A stretch of DNA of 64,000 nucleotides from Eledone cirrhosa (GCA_964016885.1 CAXHJY010000082.1:62001-126000), one strand, 5' to 3'; positions 1 through 10,983 are shown, counted from the first letter of the stretch. Translations and numbers: made by a program. Notes: generated from the sequence alone by a model not told the origin.

Positions 1-454
1 CCATGGCGTTAGTCAAGGATATATCAAATACCCAAGATGATAACACGGGTGATATTTAACACCTATTTCCGCCATGGTGTTTGAGCCGAGATTCCGGCGT
101 AAAAAATTTGAAAGGTTAATTATTGGCTAAATAAAAGGGGGAGGATTGTCAGCTCGGGCCAAGGATTCAATGTTTCCATTGGTCGTTTCATTGCCAGTAA
201 TATCTCCCGGGCGCAACTACTGGCAGGAGCATGACTGCTTACACATACACACACAAACACACAAACACATACACATATATATAGATGCATGTATGTAAGC
301 ATGTGTGTGTGTATATATATATATATAATTAGAACAGAAAACAAAAACAATAACGAAGAGTGCAGTACAAAGTGTTAGTATTAGGTTGAGAGTGTGTGTG
401 CGTGTGTGTGTGTGTGGGGGGGGGGGTTATACATGTGTGTGACAGCTCACACCT

Positions 455-684
455 ATACAGGTTTAGCTGGCCTCCTCAAAAGTATATCTCGTTGGGGGTG
501 TCTTTGGTGAGTTAATGATAGGGACCCCAGTCCTATCATCTCATTTCTACAGCTGAGTAAACTGGAGCAACGTGAAATAAAGTGTCTTGCTCAAGGAAAC
601 AACACATCACCCGGTCCGAGAATTGAACTCACAAACTTTCGATTGCAAGCCCAATGTTCTAACCGTTAAGCCATGCGCCTTCAC
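455..684 (-). mobile_element. tRNA-derived SINE, decayed
   Basis: The reverse complement begins GTGAAGGCGCATGGCTTAACGGTTAG (A-box-like) and has GTGAGTTCAATTCTC (B-box-like). These are followed by TGTTGTTTCCTTGAGCAAGACACTTTATTTCACGTTGCTCCAGTTTACTCAGCTG, a central domain typical of invertebrate SINE superfamilies. The 3' end is uncertain. Confidence 0.75.
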
Positions 685-835
685 ATACATATATATATAT
701 ACGGCATATACACACAGAAGAAAGGAAAGAGGCTGACCCAAGGAGATTCTATTTCTATTGCTCTTCCCATTGCTGATTGAGCAGAAGTATGTTCAAAGGC
801 ATTCCAGTCATGACCATCCAGTATTATTATGCATA

Positions 836-998
836 GGGCGGTGGATTGGCAGTATTGGGAGAGGGTCGGACGCCATGCTTTGACGTATAGAGTTACGTCC
901 GTTGCCATTCTGAGTTCAAATCCCGCTGAGGTTAACTTTGCCTTTCATCCTTACGGGGTCGATAAAATAAAGTACCAGTAATGCACTGGGATAATTGC
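836..998 (+). mobile_element. tRNA-derived SINE, copy 1 of a family also at 18394
   Basis: GGCGGTGGATTGGCAGTATTGG (A box), GAGTTCAAATCCCG (B box), then TAACTTTGCCTTTCATCCTTACGGGGTCGATAAAATAAAGTACCAGTAATGCACTGGG. Highly similar to 18394-18582 and resembles the abundant octopus SINE as I recall it. Confidence 0.85.
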
Positions 999-1085
999 TC
1001 TGGTGGGAGATTTTCCTATTTTTTCTAGCAGATCAAATGACAAGATAGAGCTCTATCTTTGGGTGGTTGTTGGTATTGTTTAGCT

Positions 1086-1357
1086 AAGGCATGTCAAATA
1101 TGCGACCCGCGGTGTGCATGCAGCCCTTTACAAGCACACCTGCAGCCCTTTACAAGCACACCTGCAGCCCTTTACAAGCACACCTGCATCCCTTTACAAG
1201 CACACCTGCAGCCCGCACAAATGTTTTTACAGCGCGAGCGTAATATAAAATAAAAAATATTAGTTGTAATGTGCGCAATTAGTTGTCGTGTGTGGCCCTC
1301 AGATGATACATATGTGACCCAAGTGGCCCTCGGGGAACCCTCAGTTTGACATGCTCC
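1086..1357. mobile_element. Non-autonomous hAT-type DNA transposon (MITE)
   Basis: Imperfect 13-bp TIRs AAGGCATGTCAAA (1086-1098) and TTTGACATGCTCC (1345-1357). Exact 8-bp flanking duplication GTTTAGCT (1078-1085, 1358-1365) with central TA. Subterminal GGCCC/GCAGCCC motifs are typical of hAT elements. Confidence 0.8.
1119..1214. repeat. 22-bp minisatellite (TGCAGCCCTTTACAAGCACACC) x ~4.3 inside the MITE
   Basis: Directly visible tandem copies. Confidence 0.9.
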
Positions 1358-1464
1358 GTTTAGCTCATGCTTAGTTCTAATTGTTCAGACGTATTCCAGT
1401 GGTGGCCATCACATCATTTATATTTGTTAGCTCGAGTTTTAAGAAGAGACCCACCAGTAACCAC

Positions 1465-1653
<189 letters not shown>

Positions 1654-1719
1654 TTTGCATTAAGTTGATGGTATCTTAGGACGCTGTTAAATTACTAGTG
1701 AAACAGACAATGAAAGAAA

Positions 1720-1727
1720 CAACTACA

Positions 1728-1769
<42 letters not shown>

Positions 1770-1776
1770 GCTGCTG

Positions 1777-1807
<31 letters not shown>

Positions 1808-1822
1808 AACTACTACTACTTC

Positions 1823-1858
<36 letters not shown>

Positions 1859-1871
1859 CACCACCACTACA

Positions 1872-1916
<45 letters not shown>

Positions 1917-1968
1917 GCTGCTGCTGCTGATGATGCTACTACTACTACTACTACTAATACTACTACTG

Positions 1969-2020
<52 letters not shown>

Positions 2021-2085
2021 CACCACCACCACCACCACCACCACAACTACTACTACTTCTACTACTACTACTACTACTACTGCTG

Positions 2086-2138
<53 letters not shown>

Positions 2139-2243
2139 GCTACTACTACTACTACTACTACTACTACTAATACTAATACTACTACCACCACCACAACAAA
2201 CTACTACTACTACTACTACTATACTACTACTACTACTACTACT
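1720..2243. repeat. (ACT/ACC/GCT)n trinucleotide microsatellite
   Basis: Directly visible; explains the poly-T/V/L ORFs. Confidence 0.95.
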
Positions 2244-2294
2244 TTTTGTGGTTATGAACCCGTCAATCGCCCGTCACAACAGCAATCCATGTTG

Positions 2295-2915
2295 TACGTG
2301 TGTGTATGTGTGTGTGTTGTGTGTGTGTATGTGTGTATGTGTATGTGTGCATATGTGTTGTGTGCGCTGCGTGTACCTGTATATGTATGAGTGTGTATGT
2401 CCATATGAGTACGTTTCGGTATGTGTATGTGTCCGTGTATGTGTGTCTGAGTCTCTGTGTGTGTGTTTGTGTGTACATCTATATGCATATCTATGTGTGT
2501 TTGCATATATGTTTTTCAGTATATATGTAAGTATGTATGTGTGTATGTATGAATGTGTCGTGTGTGTGTCTATATGTGCATGTGAATTTATGCGTGCATA
2601 TATATGTGCGTGAGTGTGTTTGTGTGAGTGTGTGTGTGTGTTGTGTCAGTGTGTGTGTCTGTGTCTGTGTGCGCGTATGTGTGTGTGTCTGTGTGTGTGT
2701 GAGTGTGTGTGTACGTGTGTATGTGTGTGCGTGTATGTGTCTGTGTTTGTGTCAATGTGTGTGTGTGTGTGTGTGTGTGAGTGTGTGTGTACGTGTGTCT
2801 CTGTGTATGTGTTTGTGTCTCTGTGTTTGTGTGCGTGTGTATGGGTGTGTGTATGTGCGTGTGTATGGGTGTGTGTATGTGCGTGTGGAGGGTGGGTGTG
2901 TATGTGTGTGTGTGT
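2295..2915. repeat. Degenerate (TG)n microsatellite
   Basis: Directly visible; explains the CV/HT ORFs. Confidence 0.95.
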
Positions 2916-3295
2916 GGGGGGGGGGGGTCTTTTCTGATCGCCGCTTGCTGCAGTCGGGAGCAACGAGTGCATAGCTCGATGGGAGATGCATTCTGCCAGG
3001 GTTGAATCGGTGCAAAAATTGATAAATTAGTGAATGAATGGGGGAGGGGGCGAAAGCAAGAGAGAGAGAGAGATGGAGGGGGAGAGTGAATGTAGAGATG
3101 CAGGTAAATGGGGGGATGGTGAGAAGTAGTAAGAGTGGACAGGTAGTAAAATAAAAAGAGGTGGTGGTGGAGGTGGTGCTGATAGTGTTGGTGATGGTGG
3201 TGGTGGTGGTGGTCGTGGTAATTTGGGGGATGGGAGGGGTAGAGCATTTCACAGGGAAAGTAAGGCACGGGGCTGAATGAATTAGGCAGAATGAG

Positions 3296-3363
<68 letters not shown>

Positions 3364-3411
3364 TGTATATATGTACATATGTATATATATAATTATAGAT
3401 ATATGTAAACG

Positions 3412-3442
<31 letters not shown>

Positions 3443-3584
3443 TCAGGTTTGAGGTTCACCACTGTATAGAGCTGGTCTATTCCGTATGGTCAATCGTAAT
3501 GCAACAATATAGAGAGTACTCAACGTAAAGCAGTTCAACCGTCTTTGTTTTTGTAGTTGGTGGTGCTATTACGGAGTTAAATAT

Positions 3585-3903
3585 TATAATGAAATGACAG
3601 GAGGCTGGATTTGTGTAAATCCTTGAAAGGTTTATTATACTATGATCATTTCAATGATCATAGTATAGGTTCCTTCAACCTCAGCCACGTCACTCCAGGG
3701 CGACCGGCTGAGGTTGAAGGAACAGAATAGCGGTCGCCCTCGGGTCTCGAATTTCAGCCCCATGGATTTTACCTATTACATTCACGTATTATATTTCGAA
3801 TACCTGATGATATCACCGGATTCATACGGAACCCGGTCATTGAAATGATCATAGTATAATAAACCTTTCAAGGATTTACACAAATCCAGCCTCCTGTCAT
3901 TTC

Positions 3904-3910
<7 letters not shown>
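3585..3910 (+). mobile_element. Short fold-back PLE-type insert ending at (TA)n
   Basis: ~73-bp inverted arms (3585-3658 / 3838-3910) and a nested hairpin GTTCCTTCAACCTCAGCC...GGCTGAGGTTGAAGGAAC (3669-3723). Contains a hammerhead and runs directly into (TA)n. Confidence 0.7.
3800..3857 (+). ncRNA. Minimal type I hammerhead ribozyme
   Basis: Stem I ATAC/GTAT; CTGATGA 3804-3810; stem II ACCGG/CCGGT; GAAA 3842-3845; palindromic TGATCA; TA, with predicted cleavage after 3853. Confidence 0.75.
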
Positions 3911-3991
<81 letters not shown>

Positions 3992-3995
<4 letters not shown>

Positions 3996-4155
3996 AAAAA
4001 GTATGATCCTGACGGCAGAGCTCAAGCCGTTATAGCTGTCGAAACGGCTTGAGCTCTGCCGTCGGGGTCATACTTTTTCCTATTTCCCACTCTACTACCC
4101 TAAGTACTCTGGTGCGTTATGGTCCATTTGGGTCCTTACCACAATTCCTTTATTA
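3992..4155 (+). mobile_element. Short element with 5' hairpin in (TA)n, family copy 1 (copy 2 at 17599)
   Basis: Inverted arms 3992-4031 / 4043-4083. The tail CTACTACCC...GTACTCTGGTGCGTTATGGT...GGTCCTTACCACA is shared with 17599-17772. Both copies are flanked by (TA)n. Confidence 0.7.
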
Positions 4156-4174
4156 TATATATGTGTGTGTGTGT

Positions 4175-4205
<31 letters not shown>

Positions 4206-4527
4206 AGTGTGTCTGTGGAAGGGAGAGAGACTAATTAATAGGACGAAGAAGAAGGAGATGACGACGAAAAACAACAATAACAACAACATCAACAAGAAAG
4301 TTATCAAGAGGCGAGAGAGGGGATAAGAGATGAGGGGATATATAGAGAAAATATTTCAGGTAGAAAAGAAAAAGTAATATCTATTTATAGAACGGTGCCA
4401 GGTTATGTAGGAACCAATAGTGACATAGAGAGAGGGGGGAGAAGAGAGGGGAGAAGAGAGAGAGAGGTGGAGGGATCGGGTTGAGGTATTGCGAGAGAGA
4501 GAGAGTGTATATATATATATATATATA

Positions 4528-4850
4528 TATATCAATGATATTAATAAATGGAAACTATATTTATAAAACCATATTTATTTTATTATATATGTTTCAATGG
4601 TACCAAAATTTTGCTACGCCCTCATCAGATAAAATACAAAGTTTGTTTAAGAAACCAGACCTTATCGGTTCAGGTTCAAACTGAACCTGAACCGATAAGG
4701 TCTGGTTTCTGGGGTATGTCACCATTTATAAAACAAATTTTGTATTTTATCTGCTGAGAGCGTACCAAAATTTTGGTACCCTTGAAATATATATAATAGA
4801 ATAAATATGGTTTTATAAACATAGTTTTCATTTATTAATATCATTGATAT
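4528..4850. mobile_element. Head-to-head palindromic hammerhead-bearing insert
   Basis: ~115-bp diverged arms (4528-4645 / 4733-4850) around a perfect 29-bp hairpin (4650-4710). Each arm carries a hammerhead motif. The tail is shared with 16021-16132. Confidence 0.75.
4578..4634 (-). ncRNA. Minimal type I hammerhead ribozyme
   Basis: Minus strand: TTTTAT CTGATGA GGGCGTAGCAAAATTTTGGTACCATT GAAA CATATA TA ATAAAA. The mirror copy on + (4751) has a mutated core, CTGCTGA. Confidence 0.7.
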
Positions 4851-5056
4851 TATACTCCAGAAAAGCTGTAGAGTGCTTCGAATCTGTTATAAATAAATTT
4901 GTTGAATAACCAACAAATTAAATATCTCTTTGCTTATATATATTTATAGTAATAATAATAAAATTGAAGACTAAAATCCAAAGAGGGCTCGATAAGGATA
5001 AATATATATCAAATATATAAGAACCGTAGAGCAAATATTTATTAAAATAACAGATT

Positions 5057-5240
5057 AAAGTTTAAGCAAAGAATCGCTGCTTTCACCCTTAACGGGATCT
5101 TCTGAAACTAACAAAGTCAATCTGTGAACGCAGAAGTGAATATTTCAAATTGAAATATCCAGTTCTGCGTTTACAGATTGACTTTGTTAGTTTCAGAAGA
5201 TCCGTTAAGGGTGAAAGCAGCGATTCTTTGCTTAAACTTT
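5057..5240. repeat. Inverted repeat, ~79-bp arms, ending at (TG)n; degenerate hammerhead-like motif
   Basis: Arms 5057-5135 / 5163-5240 with an internal mini-hairpin ATATTTCAA/TTGAAATAT. CAGAAGA-TCCGTTAAGGGT-GAAA resembles a hammerhead core with a U4>A change. Confidence 0.7.
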
Positions 5241-5255
5241 GTGTGTGTGTGTGTG

Positions 5256-5319
<64 letters not shown>

Positions 5320-5479
5320 TATGTGTGTACACATTAGTGATCTACCTAAACAAGCTAGGATGTATAACCATTATAGAACTCAATGCAGTGTTGATGTGAA
5401 TATCCCATGGAAGCAAAGTGAAATATGTTTTTGTGGAAAGATATATTTCGTTGAGTATTCCAAACTGCAGAGGCAGATA

Positions 5480-5810
5480 TATAATGATAAACATTGAAAG
5501 AATAAGACAAAGTGAAGTAGTTTATTAATCCATTGTTTTACGATCGTTTCAGAGAGCAAAATTATCAAGGCATATACACTCTGATCACATTTACCCCTGA
5601 AATTGACTTGTTAAATAAAAATTGACCCAGCTGTTGATTCTGGGGCTAGACAATAGAATGGATTTGCTTTTCGAGGCCAATGGTATGTTTATGCGTAATT
5701 GTCATTGACTGGTCTGTATATTGAGAATGTTGGTCTCTGAAACGACTGTAAAACAATAGGTTAATTAACTACTTTACTTTGTCTTAGTATTTTATTGTTT
5801 AATATCATAT
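5480..5810. repeat. Old, diverged inverted repeat with hammerhead 3' half
   Basis: Arms ~5480-5575 / ~5715-5810. The left arm reads GAAA-CGATCG-TA on the minus strand (palindromic stem III) and the right arm reads GAAA-CGACTG-TA. Confidence 0.55.
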
Positions 5811-5817
5811 ATGTATG

Positions 5818-5901
<84 letters not shown>

Positions 5902-5970
5902 GTATGTATATGAATATATATATATATATATATATATTATGTATGTATATATATTATGTATGAATATATT

Positions 5971-6033
<63 letters not shown>

Positions 6034-6140
6034 ATACTATTTGCATAGAATTTTTTTTTAATATATAACCACAATTGGAGCGGGGAGTGGAGGAGAGGGG
6101 GTGAAAGATAGTAAAAGTGTGTGTGTGTATGTGTGTGTTT

Positions 6141-6212
6141 ATGACTTCTACAGGACTGTTTCGTTTTGATGATTTCATATAAATGAAACAGTTTTAGTCT
6201 TGTAGAAGTCAT
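6141..6212 (+). repeat. Hairpin containing a degenerate hammerhead, homologous to 17515-17561
   Basis: Arms ATGACTTCTACAGGACT / AGTCTTGTAGAAGTCAT. TTGATGATTTCATATAAATGAAACAGTTTTAGTCTTGTAGAA matches the minus strand of 17515-17561. Confidence 0.55.
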
Positions 6213-6334
6213 TTCTATATGAAATAAAGATGTCAATACTCTACCAACGTATTGAGTACATTTTTTAACTGTAATCATTTCCCGATCACCTTAGGGAATC
6301 CTCCCTATGGTGATCAATAATGGGTTTTGTTATT

Positions 6335-6890
6335 GTCTCTGATCTTTTCGCTGTATGTTTGTGTTAAGAGAGGGGCTAAGCTGTCAACTAATCAGCTTCT
6401 AGTGTTCTACAACCTGAGACTACATATATCCAATAAAGCCCACACAACTGGCACGTCCAGCTGGAGCTACAAGTTAAAGTGGGAAGTGTTGGCAGATAAG
6501 GAAGTCAGGACCAGATATGAGTTGCACCCAAATTCAGACAACTCTTTGAGAAAAATGAGGACTAGGAAACTGTTCAGCTCAGCAATTTCTGCTTCAGTTG
6601 TTAAATGCTGCGGGAGAAAGGGGTTTGGTGTAGAGCCGTGTGGCAGAAGTACCCTTTAATTCAATCACGTGGTCAAAGATGCCATCCGAGCAATAAAGGA
6701 TGCTTACAAATCTTGGCTTGGAAATATGTCTTCCTTTTTGTACTTGCGGTACAAGCAGGCGCGTAAAATCACAGCTGAATCAGTAAGGCAAGTTAAGGCA
6801 TGGGAAGATTTTGGGGTAAAGCTGGAATCCGACTTCAGATCACCAAATAAAGTATTCTGACAGATCATACGCCGACTTCGTAATAAGGAG
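6335..6890 (+). mobile_element. Decayed RTE-clade LINE fragment (end of APE endonuclease plus linker)
   Basis: Translated pieces VKRGAKLSTNQLLV, VVKDAIRAIKDAYKSWL, RYKQARK and AWEDFGVKLESDFRSPNKVF*QIIRRLR match the RTE-type pattern (RGAELSTDHHLV ... WEEFG..ME.DF..A.K.FWQTIRRLR). The frame is interrupted by stops. Confidence 0.7.
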
Positions 6891-7471
6891 TCCTCCTCCA
6901 CTCTTGCTATCAGGAACGCGTGAGGAGATCCGACCGCCAGAAAGCGTTCCATCGCACCGTCCGGGCCCATATCATTGGAGGAAGAATGTTTGAATATGTT
7001 TTCTCATATTTTAGCTCTCTCTCTCTCACTCTCTCACTCTCTCACTCTCTCACTCTCTCTCACTCTCCCCCTCTCTCTCTCTTTCACACACATGTTATCA
7101 CTTTTAGTAAACTAATTACTAAACTTTTTATGAATAAGAAAATACACACTATAAATCAATATCTAGGTATAACAGCCATTCAATAAACTATGACTATAAT
7201 CAAGAGTTAACGGCGAAATCTTGCTATTAAAATTTTGTCTTTGACCGTTAGTCCGTTGATCTCTGCTATCAATTAAAAAAATAACAAAATGCAACTATTC
7301 CGAAGCCGAGACAGAGAGGTCCTCAAAACGTTAATAGACTTAGGAATACTATTGCTGTAAATTAAATATAAAGAACTAATAAGGGAATATGAAAATACCT
7401 TTCTGATATTTTATTTCAGAGGAAACATGAATAATGAATAATGCTTTGTCTTATATGGTTGAAATAAAAAA

Positions 7472-7509
<38 letters not shown>

Positions 7510-7659
7510 ATGCTTTGGGAGGGTCATGTTGCCAATAAGAAACACACGCACCACTTACTTTCACTCCAATTTATTATAAATTAAATTTATAAATTTAAGA
7601 ATTTATAAATTTCCGGTTGGTTGGTTGGTTGGTTCCATAACCGGATGGTTGTTCATATA

Positions 7660-7706
7660 TTATCAAAAGTTCTTTCGTCACACATTCTGTGACCTCTTCA
7701 GTGACT
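7660..7706 (-). ncRNA. Hammerhead ribozyme in the PLE 3' region
   Basis: Minus strand: GTCA CTGAAGA G GTCACA GAATG TGTGAC GAAA GAACTTT TGAT. The mirror copy at 8645 keeps CTGAAGA and stem II but has lost GAAA/stem III. Confidence 0.6.
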
Positions 7707-7924
7707 GGAGATTCTTTTCTTTGTTTTGTGCCTCTCCTCTGTTCTGTCCTACGCCAGCTTATTTTGTGTGTGTTGTGTGCTTAGTTTGCGCATGTGTTAC
7801 ATCCGGGTATCTGTGTGTGTTTTTATTTGTTTATTTATTTGTTTATTTACATGTTACTGGTTGGTTGTTTGTTCTATGTGTGTGTGTGTTTTCATTTTGT
7901 CCTTAATTGTAAGTTGTGATGTTG

Positions 7925-8213
7925 CTATTCCATTCATGTTTTCTATTTAATTTTGGTTGGAGTTCATTTATGTTTATTGCCTCTGTGATTTGTCTAAACA
8001 TTGCGTCTTTTCTGTGTGTAGATTCTATTTTATTTCTATGTTCTCTAATTTGCCCTTATGTTCTATTTTAGCATGTTGGTGGAGTATTGATGATTCTTTT
8101 TTATCTTGAAGTTCTCGCCAGTCTTCATTTAACCGTTCTCCTATACTACGAGCTGTCTCACCTATGTACACTATATTCTTTTCTTTACATTGTCCTTCAG
8201 TACATCTTATGGG
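7925..8213 (-). pseudogene. GIY-YIG endonuclease C-terminal fragment of a PLE (CCHH type), frameshifted
   Basis: IRCTEGQCKEKNIVYIGETARSIGERLNE(D/H)WRELQDKKESSILHQHAKIEH..., then after a 1-nt frameshift IESTHRKDAMFRQITEAININELQPKLNRKHEWNS. A mirror copy lies on + at 8215-8420. Confidence 0.85.
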
Positions 8214-8878
8214 TAAATGAACACTGGCGAGAACTTCAAGATAAAAAAGAATCATCAATACTCTACCAACATGCTAAAATAGAACATAAGGGCAAATTAG
8301 AGAACATAGAAATAAAATAGAATCTACACACAGAAAAGACGCAATGTTTAGACAAATCACAGAGGCAATAAACATAAATGAACTCCAACCAAAATTAAAT
8401 AGAAAACATGAATGGAATAGCAACATCACAACTTACAATTAAGGACAAAATGAAAACACACACACACATAGAACAAACAACCAACCAGTAACATGTAAAT
8501 AAACAAATAAATAAACAAATAAAAACACACACAGACACCCAGATGTAACACATGCGCAAACTGAGCACACAACACACACAAAAACAAGCTGGCGTAGGAC
8601 AGAACAAAGGAGAGGCACAAAACAAAGAAAAGAATCTACAGTCACTGAAGAGGCCACAGAATGTGTGACGATATATGAACAACCGTCCGGTTATGGAACC
8701 AACCAACCAACCGAAAATTTATAAATTCTTAAATTTATAAATTTAATTTATAATAAATTGGAGTGAAAGCAACTGGTGCGTGTGTTTCTTATTATCAACA
8801 TGACCCTCCCAAAGTATAACAATATCGGTTTCAACACACGTTTTCAGATAAAGAATTTTGCTAAACAAATTCAGAAAC

Positions 8879-8969
<91 letters not shown>

Positions 8970-8998
8970 AAAGAATAGAGATGTAACACACAAGTTAT

Positions 8999-9402
8999 TA
9001 TATATTGGTAAACGGAATAGAAAATGCTGACAAATTGTTCACAGTTGAAAAATGGTTTAATTAGGAATAAAGGAGTATTAGTGATTGTATGGGTTAGTAT
9101 TCAGTTGTGGTTTTAAGTTTTTAAGTTTTTACCGGTTGCGCATTTCTAAATGCTTTTCAAAAATAATTTTGAGATAGAGTGTCCGTGCTGTTTGCTCAGA
9201 TCAGAGCAAACAGCACGGACACTCTATCTCAAAATTATTTTTGAAAAGCATTTAGAAATGCGCAACCGGTAAAAACTTAAAAACTTAAAACCACAACTGA
9301 ATACTAACCCATACAATCACTAATACTCTTTTATTCCTAATTAAACCATTTTTCAACTGTGAACAATTTGTCAGCATTTTCTATTCCGTTTACCAATATA
9401 TA
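8999..9402. repeat. Near-perfect ~400-bp palindrome
   Basis: Arms 8999-9197 / 9204-9402 with a 6-nt loop AGATCA. Only one arm mismatch is seen by eye. The right end runs into (TA)n. Confidence 0.95.
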
Positions 9403-9421
9403 TATATATATATATATATAC

Positions 9422-9889
9422 AAGTATGTACACGTACATACATATATGTATACAGACCTACAGTAGTATGTATATATATATACATACATGCACACATATA
9501 TATATGTACGTATGGATTCGTTTCAATTTTTCCGTTTATCGTTTTCGGTGCACCCGGCCGATTAACTCACTCGATATGCAAATTGGGCTACTCAGCCGTT
9601 AATATGCATAAGGTAAGTATATACGTTCAACAATCTGGCAGGAAGGTATACGTTGCTGACGATAGCTAATAAGCTTGAAACTAGTACAGCGTTCCTTTGT
9701 CAGTGTTGAACAAACGAGCAACGATGGTTGCTGGACACTACGGCTTAATACGTTTACAAACACACCGAGCATTATAATAAATGTTCGCTGAATCCATACG
9801 TACATATATATATGTGTGCATGTATGTATATATATATATACATACTACTGTACGTCTGTATACATATATGTATGTACGTGTACATACTT
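9422..9889. mobile_element. Cassette with ~100-bp inverted termini around a hammerhead-containing core
   Basis: Arms 9422-9519 / 9790-9889 are made of degenerate TA/CA repeat sequence but are clearly mirror copies (ACAGTAGTATG / CATACTACTGT; GTATGGATTC / GAATCCATAC). The core is 270 bp. Confidence 0.7.
9635..9703 (+). ncRNA. Minimal type I hammerhead ribozyme with extended stem I
   Basis: Stem I ACGTTG/CAGCGT; CTGACGA 9656-9662; stem II AGCT-AATA-AGCT; GAAA 9677-9680; palindromic CTAG; TA, with predicted cleavage after 9686. Distal pairing CTGGCAGGA/TCCTTTGTCAG. Confidence 0.85.
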
Positions 9890-9945
9890 ATATTTAAGTA
9901 ACAGCCGTACTAAGAGTGGGAAATGAAATTTCGTTTCATTTTTTC

Positions 9946-10036
<91 letters not shown>

Positions 10037-10149
10037 TATACATTGTATATATTCGTGTGTGTGCGCATGTGTACGAGTGTATGGAGTTGTATACCTGCCC
10101 ATTATTCTGAAATATCTTATATCTTGGCTGCGTGACTATGTCCGTTTGT

Positions 10150-10278
<129 letters not shown>

Positions 10279-10738
10279 CGATATGGGGAGACGCTAATTG
10301 TTAATAGTTCTGCAATGATGCTATAGCACTGGAAGCGTCGGCGACGAAGGAGGTATTATTGGTGTTGTTGTTGTTGGTCGTCGTCACCGTCATATTGTTG
10401 GAGATGGTGGGGGTGTCTGTGTTTGTTGTGATAGTGGTGGTGGAGGTGGGGGTTGCGGTGTAACGTTGCTGTTGTGTTGATAAATCAGTCAGTCTGTGTT
10501 GATTGATGGCGGTGGATATTGAAAACTGGGCTAACATTGTTGGTAATGGAAACACATGCTGATGAATGGTTCACTTAACCACCACCACCAACACCACCAA
10601 CACCACCGACACCATCAACACCACCAACACCACCATATATATATATATATTTATATATATATATATATACAGTGGTGCTAACAGGCTATCTTAAAAATTT
10701 CGTTTTGGCAACAAGACGTATTTACACACACGGACACA

Positions 10739-10793
<55 letters not shown>

Positions 10794-10952
10794 TGTGTGT
10801 GAATGAAGTAATTCCGTCGGAAAGGTCCATGAAAAAAAGTCCAATGTCAATAAATACACCAGGATTTTTTCATTCTGATGATTGAAAGCAACATTTTTTG
10901 TTTTGAAGAAACCACTGGTAAATGAAATAATTGCCTTATGTTGTTTATTACA

Positions 10953-10983
<31 letters not shown>

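Larger units (their letters stand above)
7505..8822. mobile_element. Head-to-head palindrome of two 5'-truncated Penelope-like element 3' ends
   Basis: ~620-bp arms (7505-8130 / 8215-8822) with an 84-bp spacer. Encodes a GIY-YIG C-terminus and carries a hammerhead near each outer end. The left end abuts (TA)n. Confidence 0.9.

Noticed and set aside
7625-8706. Mirror-image hydrophobic ORFs (MVGSITG..., MCLS...)
   Set aside because: They are antisense readings of the A-rich PLE 3' region, duplicated by the palindrome.
10873-10895. CTGATGATTGAAAGC hammerhead-like string
   Set aside because: There is no room for stem II and no stem I or III pairing. It is a chance match or too decayed to call.
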